From Amoebophrya sp. A120 (lineage: Eukaryota; Protista; Dinoflagellata), in the NCBI GenBank assembly GCA_905178155.1, contig CAJINV010000005.1, positions 2,234,054-2,298,053 on the forward strand: DNA of 64,000 bases. The letters run 5' to 3'. Within the stretch, counting starts at the first letter, position 1; every line of letters starts with the position of its first letter. Of the stretch, positions 45,701 to 57,029 are shown one piece after another. The notes below the pieces were generated by a model that had not been told where the DNA came from, made no database searches, and saw only the letters and a program-made list of their open reading frames with translations. The position numbers and the translations under genes were made by a program.

Positions 45701-48700
45701 ATGGAACCGCCCGACGAAGAGTTTTCACTGCCCTCCGTGGTCCCGGTCCTTGCCCGCCGGTCCACGCAGTTGAGTAGCGGTACATCAAAGGGGCAAGAAC
45801 AGCTTCAACGAAGAACTTCTGCAATAACGTTGGAGGAACTGGTGCTAGCATGGCTCCACGACACCATCGTTCACGGGCTGCAGACGGCCAGCCGGAAGGT
45901 GGGAATGTGGCGACTTTCTTTGAAACGTTCAAATATGACGCATGGCTAGCAACGCGCCGGCGGCGCTGATGTTGTTTATGTTTTGATGCAGAAATGCATA
46001 AACAAAGAACGCAATTCCCTTTACGTCGTAAAACTAATCAGGTTCGTCAGCGCATGAAGGAGACGCTTCCGGACTTCGGACTTCCCCCAAAGGGAAAACT
46101 CGGTCTCCGACACCTGTCCGATGGGCGGCTGCTACTGGTCTTCATGCAAGCCCTGGACATCCGGCTGTGCAAGCGCGCGAGCCCCGTTCCGGTCGGCCGC
46201 CTGGCGCAGTTCCAAGTCGCGTGCCGGTGTCTGGGCGTTCCGCGCCGGGAAATTTTGCAGACCAGTGACGTGTTTCCCGCACCGCCGAGGAACCCTCGTA
46301 TTTACGTGAATGACTATATGGTTTTTGTGTTGTTATCGCAATAGTACGCTTACTTTGAACTGTTGATATCAAATCAGAGATTGTCGACCCTCTATCGCAG
46401 GTCGCGTCCTCTACTGCATGTGCCACGTAAACGACGCGCTCCCGGAGTCCTACGCCGGCCCCAAACTCCCGAAAAGCGACGCCCGGTCTGTCGTGCCCTC
46501 CATTCCCTGGCAGGACGAAAGTTTTCTACAAACAGAGCAGGACGGGCGGACTCTCCGGCTCTACGACGGGTCGCGGCATTTGTTGCGCGCCCAAATCGCG
46601 ACCAACACGGAGCCGTCGAAGCGGAGGAAGCGGGTCCGGAAGGTCAGGATTCACTCCAGCAGAACCGATCCGCCGGCGAGCAGTCGGGGAGAACTACATA
46701 CTGGGGCGGGTGGGAGTGCAGAAATAAATCAGGCAGGAAGTAATAGAACGTCTGGCACTGCCACTGTCGATGGAGCGGGCGCGAACAGCGGAGATCTACA
46801 CAGTCGTGGCTCTCAGCAAGAAGCTCCTACAGCGATGCAGGCCGAGCAAACTTCTGATGTCGCAGCAGCAAGTCCTGTTTCTGCGGACGCGGAAAGAACA
46901 CCTGGAGACTCATCTACATCAGCAGGACTCCATCATCCCGAACAACGAGGCTCCGTTGCCGGGGGGCAATCAGCAGACCCTGCCGCTGCAAACAGTCACG
47001 CCGCGCTTTCAGACGACGACTACTACTGCTACATCGATTCCACCTCGTCCTCTGGCGGGGAAGATGACGCGTCGGAGGATGAGAATCAAGAGGCAGCAAA
47101 CAACCGCGACAAGAACAAAAATCTTACTAGCGCAAGAGCCGAAGAAGACGAGGATCAAGACGATAGTGCCGCCGCTTGCCACCTCCTCACCCGCAGCCAG
47201 ACCTGTCACGAGCCTGCGAGGAGTTCTTGTTATCGCAAGAATAGCGAAGATGGCACGGAGGACGCGCATAGTCATGCAAGAAATACTCTTTTCGACAGCG
47301 AACGGGCGTACCAGGACTACGTGTTGCGCTCTTGGACCGCGAATAATCCGTCGAGTGCGTCGAGTAACAGCAAATCTGCTTCTTCCTCTTCGCGCACCAG
47401 GCATGAGCAGGTCCTCGACATTTTGATCAACAAGCAACAGAGCGACCCGCTCAGCCGTTTCCGGCCGAACTGTTTTCCGGCCAACGTGGTGTCCGCGCCG
47501 ATCGCGTTTCCCGCGACCTCGCTCTCCCACCTGTCGGAACTGCGGGAAAGGGAATTTCGGGAAGAAACGAGAAGCAAAGCATCGCCAGTGCGATGTGCGT
47601 ACGGAGACGCTCTACTTCCGAAGAGAATCGTTCCGAAGGTTGCGAACTTGCGCAGCGAATGGGTGCGGAAAGAGGACGCAGACGATATTGCGATACACGC
47701 CGAAGAAGCAACGAAGCCGGTGGAAGCTGTAAATGACGAAGATCTTCAAGGCTTATCATCTTCGTTGTTGCGCTTACCGGAAGGCCGTCTGAGTGAGGTT
47801 GTGAAGACTGTGACTCCGAGCACTGCGGAACCGTCTCCGCTCTTTGGGCCACCACTGGCGAAGGACACGAGCCCGCTGGATGAAAATTCGAATGTTGCGG
47901 CCTCCGCTGCGTTCGCAACATCCGCAGGTCTGCAGAATGACGTGGAATCAAAAGTAGAAGAAGCACACCCAGATCCGCCCACGAACGACGCCATGCCGCC
48001 CCTGATGTCCCTCGAAGAGTTCCTCCGCGATGTCGAGACTTTTCCACAGGACAGCACCGACGTATCAACCTCCCAGTTGTTCGAGTTAGAAAACGAGAAC
48101 GAGCACAGCTGCAACGAGGGCGCTTCCGCCTCGACGAAGTCCACGCAAAGCACCAGCTGCTGCACAGGTAATTACTGCGAGTCGTTTGCACATGCACAAC
48201 CAAGTTCAAGTGCAGTAATGGGGCCGAACAACGTGGTGACATCGAGTGCGGTCGCCCCTGATCGGATCATTACAGCGCCGGGGGTGAACATCCTGCCGCC
48301 CGCGAAGAAGCACCGCTCGCGCGACCACGTGGAGACGCCCAGCACCATGACCAGCAGTGCCTTCGGATTCGGGAAGGGGCCGGTCTTTTTCCAGGCCGGG
48401 CACTATCAGACTGCAAGTGCGGGACCTCCCACGGCTGCATCGTCTTCGTGCGCCAGCTCTGCAAGCTCTTCGAAGAGCAGTGCCAGCGGCGCAGTGAATG
48501 GAGAAACTGCGAAGATGAACCTGCAGCAGCACAATGATTTCGGGAAAATGAACACTGCATCCTCGTCGCCCACGATACGAGTAGACGATAAGCGAAAATT
48601 ATCTTCGCGTCTGAAAACGCCGGAGCTGCTACTAGACGGTCGTGCAGCGGCGCTCCTTGCCCAAGGCAAAATCGGCGAGCAAACAAATCAGGAACTGCAT

Positions 48701-50919
48701 GACGTCCAACCAGACCGGCACCAACACATCCACGTATTGGACCTTGAAGAGTTTGGGCCCTCGCCGCCGTCGTGTCAGAAGTTGGTCTTCTCGTCTTCAA
48801 GAAAGAAAAACCAATTGGATCGCACGTCTTCACATGGTCAGCTCGTCCAGCAAGCATCCTCACCGTTGCTTCCAGGAGGTCCACAAGCCTCTGGCACCAT
48901 CCTGGTCGGAACGGAACCGTCCTCCTCCAGTCGCTCTAGACCACCGAACCAGAAGTTCATGAATTGCTCCACGCAGCTTTCTCCGGAAGCAGAGAGACTC
49001 CTCGCGAACAGCCAGAGTTGTAATCATCAAAACCGACCGCCACCCCATGAAGATCTGTTCCCACCCGGCTTCTCTACCCCCGATCGCGCGTCGCGCAGAC
49101 GGGAGCAACGGGTGCGGCGCTCATTCTTCGAGCGCCGCAGCACCAGTCGGAAGCGTAGCAGGACGAAATCCGGGTTTTGTGCGGGAGACGACGAAGATGC
49201 TCTCAACGGCTCGGGTTCACGCAGCCCGGTTTCGTCTGTCACGACAATTCTCTCCAACTTCTCCTCGCACAACAGCTATGTTGGCCGCCGAGACGGCACA
49301 AGGAGAAATAACAGCGGCCGCGATGATAGTACTGAGAGAACACCCTTTCACGACGACAATCAAGATAGTCCGCGGCAGAACCCTGACATCGACGCGCTGA
49401 CCTACGTGAAGTCCCTGCCCACCTGTCGGGGCTGGCTGACTAAGAAAGCGCTTACGTCTGGGGGCACGTATCAATACCAGTGGCGGTGGAGCGTGTTGGA
49501 AAACCTGCAGTTTTCCTTCTGGGATACCGAGCAGGACTACGATGAGGGGCGGCCCTGCGAAGCCGATTGCATAAACTTCTTGGGGATCGACGCGGAGGGA
49601 ACGCAGCCGGTGCGGGTGGTACAGTGTCAGCGATTTGATCGATCATGTTAGTTTCGCTTTCGCTGCATTTTGCAATCAAAGAAGGAGGCGGCAGTAGACA
49701 TTTATTTTTCATTTTGCGGATTAACGTTTAAATTTTGAATGTACTTATTCGGATTGATATTCATCACGCATCACAGCGCCTCCGCGGTTCCGGCGGAAAG
49801 TTTTCCGTCTCGGTGGGAAAGACTATCCGCATCGAGCTCGCGTGCGCCGACCCAGAGACCTGCCAGCGCGACCAGTGGGCCAGTTTGCTCGCCTTGCACG
49901 CCTCCTGCGGCCGGTTGTTGCGGAAGCAAATCATTGACGATTTACTCGCTGGGAACGAGGAAGATGACTCGAGTTCGGAGAGAAACTTCATCTCCGGATC
50001 TTCTTCATGCGGAGATGGGAACAACGCCGAAGTCCAATCACAATCTGCTGTAGCTGCTTCATCGCACAAGAACGACCCGGCGGGTAGAAGAACAACTACC
50101 GCAGCTAAGGAACTCGAGTCTCTACAGCGCGTTCTCCAGTACTCCCCGCTGGCTCTGCTGCAGGACGTGTGGGTCTCTAGCGAAACGCGCGCGGAGGCAC
50201 TGGACACTGCTTCGTACGAGGTCGATGAAAGTGCCGGGCAGGGCGGGACGAAAGATGACCACGAGAAGGCGGCGGGGAAAACTACGAAAACTGCTTCTTC
50301 GAAAAAACGAGACCGCGGAACAAAAGAAAAACGCTCCTCGACGCGGCGGAAGAAAGACGGGAGTAGAGATGCTGCTGGTAATAAAGATGGGGCTACAACA
50401 ACTATCGGTGGAAGCGAAAGCGCGAAGAAGCAGAAGAAATCATCTTCGAAAAAGAAGGACAGCAAATCGTCCAAAGGAAGAAGCTCCGTAACGGCGTCAA
50501 CGTGTGCTGCGACCGTCGTTGCAGAAGATACATCAAATGTTCCAATGGCGGTGGCAGACGGACATCATCAAGCCAGATCCACACCGCATGATGTGCCCGC
50601 CCGCGGGAACAAGCAGCAAGCTTCCTCTGTTGAAGATCCACCACGTCATTCTCTTTCGCCAGAAGATCTTCATTCCGCGTCTCCTAGCCCGGGGCAGACC
50701 GCAAATAAAACCTCAGCCCAAGGAGGACCAGTGGTGCAACAAGTGCAGAAGACAGGTAAGAAAGTGCAGAAAGCAAAAACCGCCCGCAAAGGAGATGTGG
50801 AACACAGCGATTGTTCCCAAATAACTCTTCAAAGCGTTGACGACGCAGCTGTGTCGAAAGAAGATGGAGATCATGCGAAAACCAAGCGCGTGAAAAAAAA
50901 GAAAAAGAAACCCAGGTGA
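45701..50919 (+). CDS. CH domain + PH domain protein
   Basis: Exons 45701-45898, 46042-46297, 46401-~49618 and 49777-50919. CH domain (VLAWLHDT...LSDGRLLL...DIRLC...GRLAQFQVACRCLG...SDVF...NPRRVLYCM). PH domain (CRGWLTKK...QWRWSVLENLQFSFW...FSVSV...IELAC...RDQWASLL). Confidence 0.82.
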
Positions 50920-51103
50920 ACTGGAGTTCTGTGTATGGAAAATGATAAATACAGATCATGGCGATACCAATTCTACTACCGTGTGAACAACCACCTCGAT
51001 GAATCTTCCCGCCACCCAATTGCGTGCTTGGTTGCCCTCGTCAACCAAGCAACATTCAGTACCACCGCACGAAGAATTCTGCACCACTGGCAAGGATTGT
51101 GTC

Positions 51104-52133
51104 TTGATTTTGCCGTTCGACAACGACATAGGATGGAAAATGCGCCAAGATGTGATTTTGATGTGATCTGTTCCGCTTGAATGTCTGTTCCGCTTGAATG
51201 TCTGTAATGCCTAGGTGAAAGCCAGGTAGTAACGGCAGTCCAGCTCTTGCTTGAGAGATGCCATCGGTGTCTTTTTCTTATGCGAGATTCTTACTTTTCT
51301 TTCTTCGTAGTTGCCGTAAAGTATTCTTTCTGTCCTCACCACTCTGAGGAAAGCAAGAATCTAGTCCATCGGGGGGGAGAGTGGGGCTTGTTCTTTTTTT
51401 TTTCCCGTTTGGCCAATGGGCAGATTTGGGCCGGCAAGACCGGCGGATCTTTTGCAAAGATGAAAACCCCCAATGACCTTCTTCCTTTTATCGCGCAACC
51501 TCCTATAAGATTCTTTGAGGTGCCAAGATTGGGACCAAAGAATGAAAAAAAACTCAAGAGCGCAAAACAGTAAAAGAAAGAAAAACGCGCCACCTTCCAG
51601 CACCCGCCGGGCTGGAAAGGAGAAAACTCATATAAAAGAAAAGAAAAGGCAAGGCTCCAAGCCTAGGCGGTGGCAACTGGCGGCGCAGGGCATAACTTCG
51701 TGTTTTCCTGTGGCCCCCGGTGGCGTCGGTATACCTCTCCTTCCGCTCCGGCGGTTTGAGAGTCAGCGACACCTCTCGTAGCGCTGTGGTTCTTGGATCC
51801 GGTTTGACGTCAGGTTGAGCACATGAGGAGGGTTGTTCAGCACTGGCGGCTCTTTGGAGGTTGATCTGCTCACACGGATGAGGTGGTAGTGTGATGCTTA
51901 TCTGAAGCGCAGCAGCAGTGAGTTTTCGGATTCACTCACACTGTGCGACTCCCTACGCTTGGTCGTTCACCGCTAAAACGGGTGGTGTTTGGTCTTGCTG
52001 TAGTGCCTAAGCTCTCTCAAGCTTTCGCAAAGGACTTACTCTCAGGATTCATTAGCTGTATATGTCAGACAGTTACTCGCAGGCCATAAGAGGCGAGCAA
52101 AGGGTTGATTTTGCTGTTCGACAACGACATAGG
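51104..52133. repeat. 29-bp direct repeats ~1 kb apart
   Basis: TTGATTTTGC(C/T)GTTCGACAACGACATAGG at 51104-51132 and 52105-52133. Confidence 0.8.
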
Positions 52134-52564
52134 CATAATAGATGCATAAAGCAACAAAACACCTCTGTGCTGGCACATCCCAGCCAGCTGCTGAAGGTGA
52201 GTAGGACGATGAGAACATTCAACCACAACCCTACTCAAGTTTCATAACTAAGTGACAGAGGACGTGTTCAGCAGCAGGAGGGCAAATAAGTGGCGAGTGA
52301 GTGCTCTCAAGAACCTAGTGTTGAGCAGTGGGATTTGCTTTTTTAAGAGTGTGACCACATTCTATACCAAACAAAGCCTGGAGCATCAATGAGGTTCTAA
52401 GTAACCCTATCACGGTATTGAAGCTCCCCACGTTGTCTTCAACAGTTAACATAGTTATTTGCGGCAACCGATCATGCTGTCAATGTCTTGTTATCGAGAC
52501 CCCCACCGTGCGGGTGCGCGTTTTTACTAACTAGGAATTCTTCCGGTATTTCGGGCACTATATT

Positions 52565-52888
52565 ATGGGTTGCGGATCTTCCAACTTGCCGTCAGGGGCC
52601 GGGCTGAGGCCCCCCAGGCAGTCCGCTGACATGTTTGCTTCCGCGGTAGATACCTGTGACTTCGCGATCCTCCGTTTCTACAAGGGGTCCCTGTACAGTT
52701 CCGAGATCCCCGACCCGGCCTTGCACAAACTCGTCACTACGACGGGCGCGACTACCGGGAGTATTTGCCAGGTGCTAACCGTCTGCAAGCGTGCCGGGTG
52801 GAACTACACCAGCTACGGTTTGACGGCCGGCGGCGCACCGCCCGAAGACGGCTTTGAGGTCTTCGTCATGCAGAGAATAGGGGCTTAG
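52565..52888 (+). CDS. Small protein with N-terminal dual acylation motif (MGCGSS)
   Basis: GC-rich 107-codon ORF in AT-richer flanks. MGCxxS is a myristoylation/palmitoylation signal. Confidence 0.7.
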   Translation: MGCGSSNLPSGAGLRPPRQSADMFASAVDTCDFAILRFYKGSLYSSEIPDPALHKLVTTTGATTGSICQVLTVCKRAGWNYTSYGLTAGGAPPEDGFEVFVMQRIGA

Positions 52889-53660
52889 CAGAATATATTC
52901 AGCGTAAAAAATAGTGACTTCGCGACGGCCCCAGCCCCACATGTGTTTCGTTTCGCGCATTTTTTTACATTTTTTCGAGAACAATGCCCACGCATGATCA
53001 ATGACAATGTCGCATCGGACAAAATTGCAAAAAAAATCCTGAGGATGTTGTGCAATGTGTTGGAAACAACTGGAATACTACCTCCTGACGCGCGTTGTCG
53101 TTACCCCTATTTCGCCTTGGCAGTAGCAACTGATTTAGTGCGTAATTTTTCGGATGCGCGACAGTCTGGTGCCCTCCGTCAAACACTACGCGGGGCGGAA
53201 ACTCAGCGGAATACTAGGTTTATCGCGGGTTTTCCCCGAGCGATCGCTGCATATTTGTTTGGCTAATAAATAGAGTTCTAGTTCTTGGAAGCATGTTGTC
53301 GTGTGTAGACCTGTTGTCATCAACGAGAAAGGACAAGTACAATTCGTAGAAAAGCCCCACTTCACTCCTCGTCGTCTTCGCATTCATCGTGACTTCGATC
53401 TTCATCCTTGCTTTCGTAGAAAATCGAAATCGTTATCGTCAGGTTCTTTCGTCAGGTCGTGGCTTTTCGCAAATCGGTTGGCTTCGAAAAAGTGGAGTAC
53501 TAGTACGCCAGGCCTCTGCAATTAGGTTTTTCTGCTGAAGGAGCGGTAGTTTTTGTTTGCATTGACCTCAGCAGTCCTCCTCCGGAATATTTCATCTTGG
53601 CGCCTACTGTTGAACTTGATCTTTATCGTTTAGAAGTCTTTCACAAACAACATTCCAATA

Positions 53661-54560
53661 ATGGCTCTCCGCAGCATGCTGGACATGGACTCGTGGTTTT
53701 CCTCTGCGCCAGATGTGTTGCCAAGGATGATAGGGAACAAATTACGACAGACAAAAACTACTACAGATTTAGTTTCGGGACAAGAACACACACTTACTTT
53801 CTCCGGCGACTCGTCTCCATTCACGGGAAGATTCCATCGATATTACCCTCACACAACAACTACAACCACCTCCTTCAGCGCCCTCCCCTGCTGCCCGGGA
53901 ACGGGGCCGGCGGACCCAGATCCGCCGGGGGAGACTAGTGGTATGACCGTGACCGACGAAGGCGCGGCGAGTAAGGACAAGGCAGAAGTACACGAGGGAA
54001 TTTTCGTCGGGATTGCTTCTCTGATCGTCGGCTTTATTTCGTCCAAGAAGGTAAAAGGTGCGAGAAAACGGTACAACGAACAGAAGGAAGCGGAAAAAGA
54101 ACTGAAGAAACAAAAGTATTATACTATGCGGGTTTATTTTTTCGAGGATTTTTGCATCAGTTACAGTTTTATTTTAAATACACATGACGTTTTTATTGTG
54201 CTTCTGCAGGTGGATCAAAAATATCTATTGGCTGTTCCAAAATGAAATCGAAACAGGGAAGACCTCGAGGCAGACAGCGGCGGGGATTCCTCCGTCGTGG
54301 ACAGCGCCGACAGTGCCTCGGACGAGGGCAAGGTGACGCAGCAGGACAGCAAGGCGGCCCAGCCAGACGTCGTGGAGGAGGTGGCTGCGGGCGGGGAAGG
54401 CGGCGCCGGAGCAGGAGACGCGGGCACGCCCGGGAGTCCGGAAAGTGGCGGGGAGGGAGGCGAGAACAAGAAGGGCAAAGGGAAAAAGAAGGGTAAGCCC
54501 AAATCGAAATCGCCGCCAAGTGGCGGGAAGACAAAAGGGAAGGGGAAGAAGAAAAAGTAG
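53661..54560 (+). CDS. Single-pass membrane protein with acidic region and Lys-rich tail
   Basis: TM GIFVGIASLIVGFI. Intron 54116-54256 (gtatta...aaacag) joins ...KQK to EDLEADSGG...KGKGKKKK*. 5' end uncertain. Confidence 0.6.
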
Positions 54561-54993
54561 GTGTGTATAGAGGTTGTTTTTCTGAACATCATTCGAAAAC
54601 AGCAACAAGAAAAGATGAACTCGCCTGGTGATAGGTGCATGTGTTCCTTTCATCAAGGCAGCACTGTAGTTGCTCATCCATCTGTTTGTCGTGCCGGTTA
54701 GAGTGGAACCCGCAACTGGATGAACTGTCCACAGAGGGCACTATGGCGGCATTTGTTACATCTAGCGCAGTACTGTCGCGCTCAACCCTATGTTATGTAT
54801 TTGTTCACCGTCATGGCCACGATGTTCGTTGTATTTAGAAGACTTTTTTCACAAGAAATCGAACAACATTTTTCGGTTCCTTTTCACTTCAAGTTCAACT
54901 AGTTCACTTTCGTTTTTTCGGCAGCGATGAATTTGAATGCAGCTTCATGAGAATCAATTACTGCAACTAGAAATCCAATGACGCAGGAAGATA

Positions 54994-56346
54994 ATGTCCA
55001 ACGTACAACTACTCCCAAGAACCCTCTCCTTCCTCCGCCTCCCCGGACGACCGGCGCAGCACCTAGTCGGCCGCTTTCGGTCCTTCCTGGCTTTGCGGAA
55101 GTTGGTGCAAGCGGAGGAAGGCAACCCAGAGTTGCAACGGTTTTTCAGCCAAACGTTTCTTGGCAGGAAGAAGCTGCAGGACAAATCCAAGCTGGTAGGA
55201 GGTTTACTGCCACTGTCGCTGCCATCGAGACTAAAATTGTTTGGGCACAACAGGGAAGAGGGCCCAGAGAGATGTTTGGCAAAGGCACGAGCAGCGGTTG
55301 ATGCTGTCCTCGTTGGCCCCCAGCACGCAAAATGGCAGTGCTCCACGTTGCACTTTTCGTGGCTGCAAATCGAGGCGCGAGCAACATCGCCTGCAGTCAA
55401 CATGTCTTCAACTACCATGTCTAACAACTACAGGGACTGCAATGGCGTTTACTCGCCGACGAAACACGAGACCATCGCGCACGTCAGGAACGTTCTGAGA
55501 AAAAATTTCTCAAACATCCTCGAAGACTACAGGCAAATCACAACCTGGTACCAGGACCAAAACATAACCGGCACCTCCGTGGTGAAATCGGGTAAGTGGA
55601 CGAAGTTCCCGGTTTTATCGTATGCGAAATTCCACGAAGAGGCGAACTGGACCTTCACGCAACAATTGTTGCAAAGCGAGGAGTTAGCCCCTTATCTCGC
55701 GAAAGGCCTGGGAAGTTGCTACTTCAGCCGCCTGCAGGGGAAAACGCACATCCGGGAGCACTACGGACCCACGAACGGAAGGGTGCGCGTGCATTTGGGA
55801 CTCGAAATTCCGGGCGAGAACGGCGGGTTGGGGACGAGGGGATCTGCAACTGCTGGCGTGGGAGATCATCGTGCTACATCTGTTTATGGACAAGATTCTA
55901 CTGTTGCAGCGGCAGAAGTGGAAGAAGCTGCACGAGTAGATGTGGAACATCAGCAACAAAACCAGCATTGCTTCCTCCGTGTGGGCGATAGCTGTTACCC
56001 CTGGATCCAAGGCGATATCTTGGCCTTCGACGACAGCTTCTATCACGGCGTTTACCTCGACAGCGGAGATGGAAATGCGACAAATTCCTCTTCTGAGAGG
56101 GAGAACGTGAGGGGTACTAGTGCAAGGATAAAAACCTCTTTCGGGAATAAATCGAAATCACCAGCATCCGAAAGAACAGACGAAAATCTAGTGCGTGGCG
56201 TTTTGGTCTTAGACATTTACCACCCTGATCTAACGTTCGCCGAGCGGCGATTTTTGGAACAAATGGAGCAAATAAACGCCAAGTTTTTACCAAAAGCGCA
56301 GAACTGGAGCCAGATTTCAAATGCTCGCGGCAGTTTTGCACATTGA
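54994..56346 (+). CDS. Aspartyl/asparaginyl beta-hydroxylase family 2OG-Fe(II) oxygenase
   Basis: YFSRLQGKTHIREHYGPTNGRVRVHLGLEIP, WIQGDILAFDDSFYHGV, RGVLVLDIYHPDL. Confidence 0.92.
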   Translation: MSNVQLLPRTLSFLRLPGRPAQHLVGRFRSFLALRKLVQAEEGNPELQRFFSQTFLGRKKLQDKSKLVGGLLPLSLPSRLKLFGHNREEGPERCLAKARAAVDAVLVGPQHAKWQCSTLHFSWLQIEARATSPAVNMSSTTMSNNYRDCNGVYSPTKHETIAHVRNVLRKNFSNILEDYRQITTWYQDQNITGTSVVKSGKWTKFPVLSYAKFHEEANWTFTQQLLQSEELAPYLAKGLGSCYFSRLQGKTHIREHYGPTNGRVRVHLGLEIPGENGGLGTRGSATAGVGDHRATSVYGQDSTVAAAEVEEAARVDVEHQQQNQHCFLRVGDSCYPWIQGDILAFDDSFYHGVYLDSGDGNATNSSSERENVRGTSARIKTSFGNKSKSPASERTDENLVRGVLVLDIYHPDLTFAERRFLEQMEQINAKFLPKAQNWSQISNARGSFAH

Positions 56347-56879
56347 AAAACTACGAACAAGTTTTTACACCACCAATAGTTATCGCGGTGTCGATAGTGT
56401 TGATTTGTTCTCTAGAACGTAATCTTCGTGTCAAGGGTAAAAGTGATTGAGAGACTCGAGAGAAAAGATAAGCAAATCGGAAGTCGTTTATTTGACCACA
56501 AATCGGATTTCGTTTATTCGTGCCTTCATCTTTTCTGAGTGACAAGCTTCAAATCGTTTCTTAACTCTTTGCTTGTTTTGTCGCATCACAAATTGCTTTT
56601 GAGCACTTGTTTTGTTTTCTTCCAAAAACAATCATGAATGGAATCTTTCCCAAACAATTCGTTTGCTCCGCCGCGGGCTCAAGGTCCTAAATGTGTATCG
56701 TAAACTGTTAACGAACCCAACCAAGAAATAAATAAATACTTCTGAAAGAACGACCAATGCTTTCTCCGCATTGAGACCTTCGCTGTTCATCCGACGCTAC
56801 CATCGTAATTCCATTCCGACGATCAACACGAAGATCGGGAAGATCTGAGTTTTGGAGAGTGTCTACCCGCTTTTCGCAG

Positions 56880-56890
56880 TGGTAGCGGAG
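56880..56890 (+). promoter_or_regulatory. Candidate primer-binding site (tRNA-iMet type)
   Basis: TGGTAGCGGAG one base after ...CGCA. It is complementary to a tRNA 3' end CUCCGCUACCA and resembles iMet PBSs (TGGTAGC...). Confidence 0.6.
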
Positions 56891-57029
56891 ATCAGGTTGT
56901 ATCTCCAACCTATCTCGCTCCCGGCCTACGACGACGGTACGGGACCAGTGCGGAACCTACGAGAGAAGATCCTCCCCCTTTTTGAATGAGCCCAACGAAT
57001 AACTCCTGAAGACACTCGGAGGAACAACG

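Noticed and set aside
56676-56685. GGCTCAAG-GT resembling the 3' end of the dinoflagellate spliced leader
   Set aside because: Only 8 nt match; the upstream CCGTAGCCATTTT part is absent.
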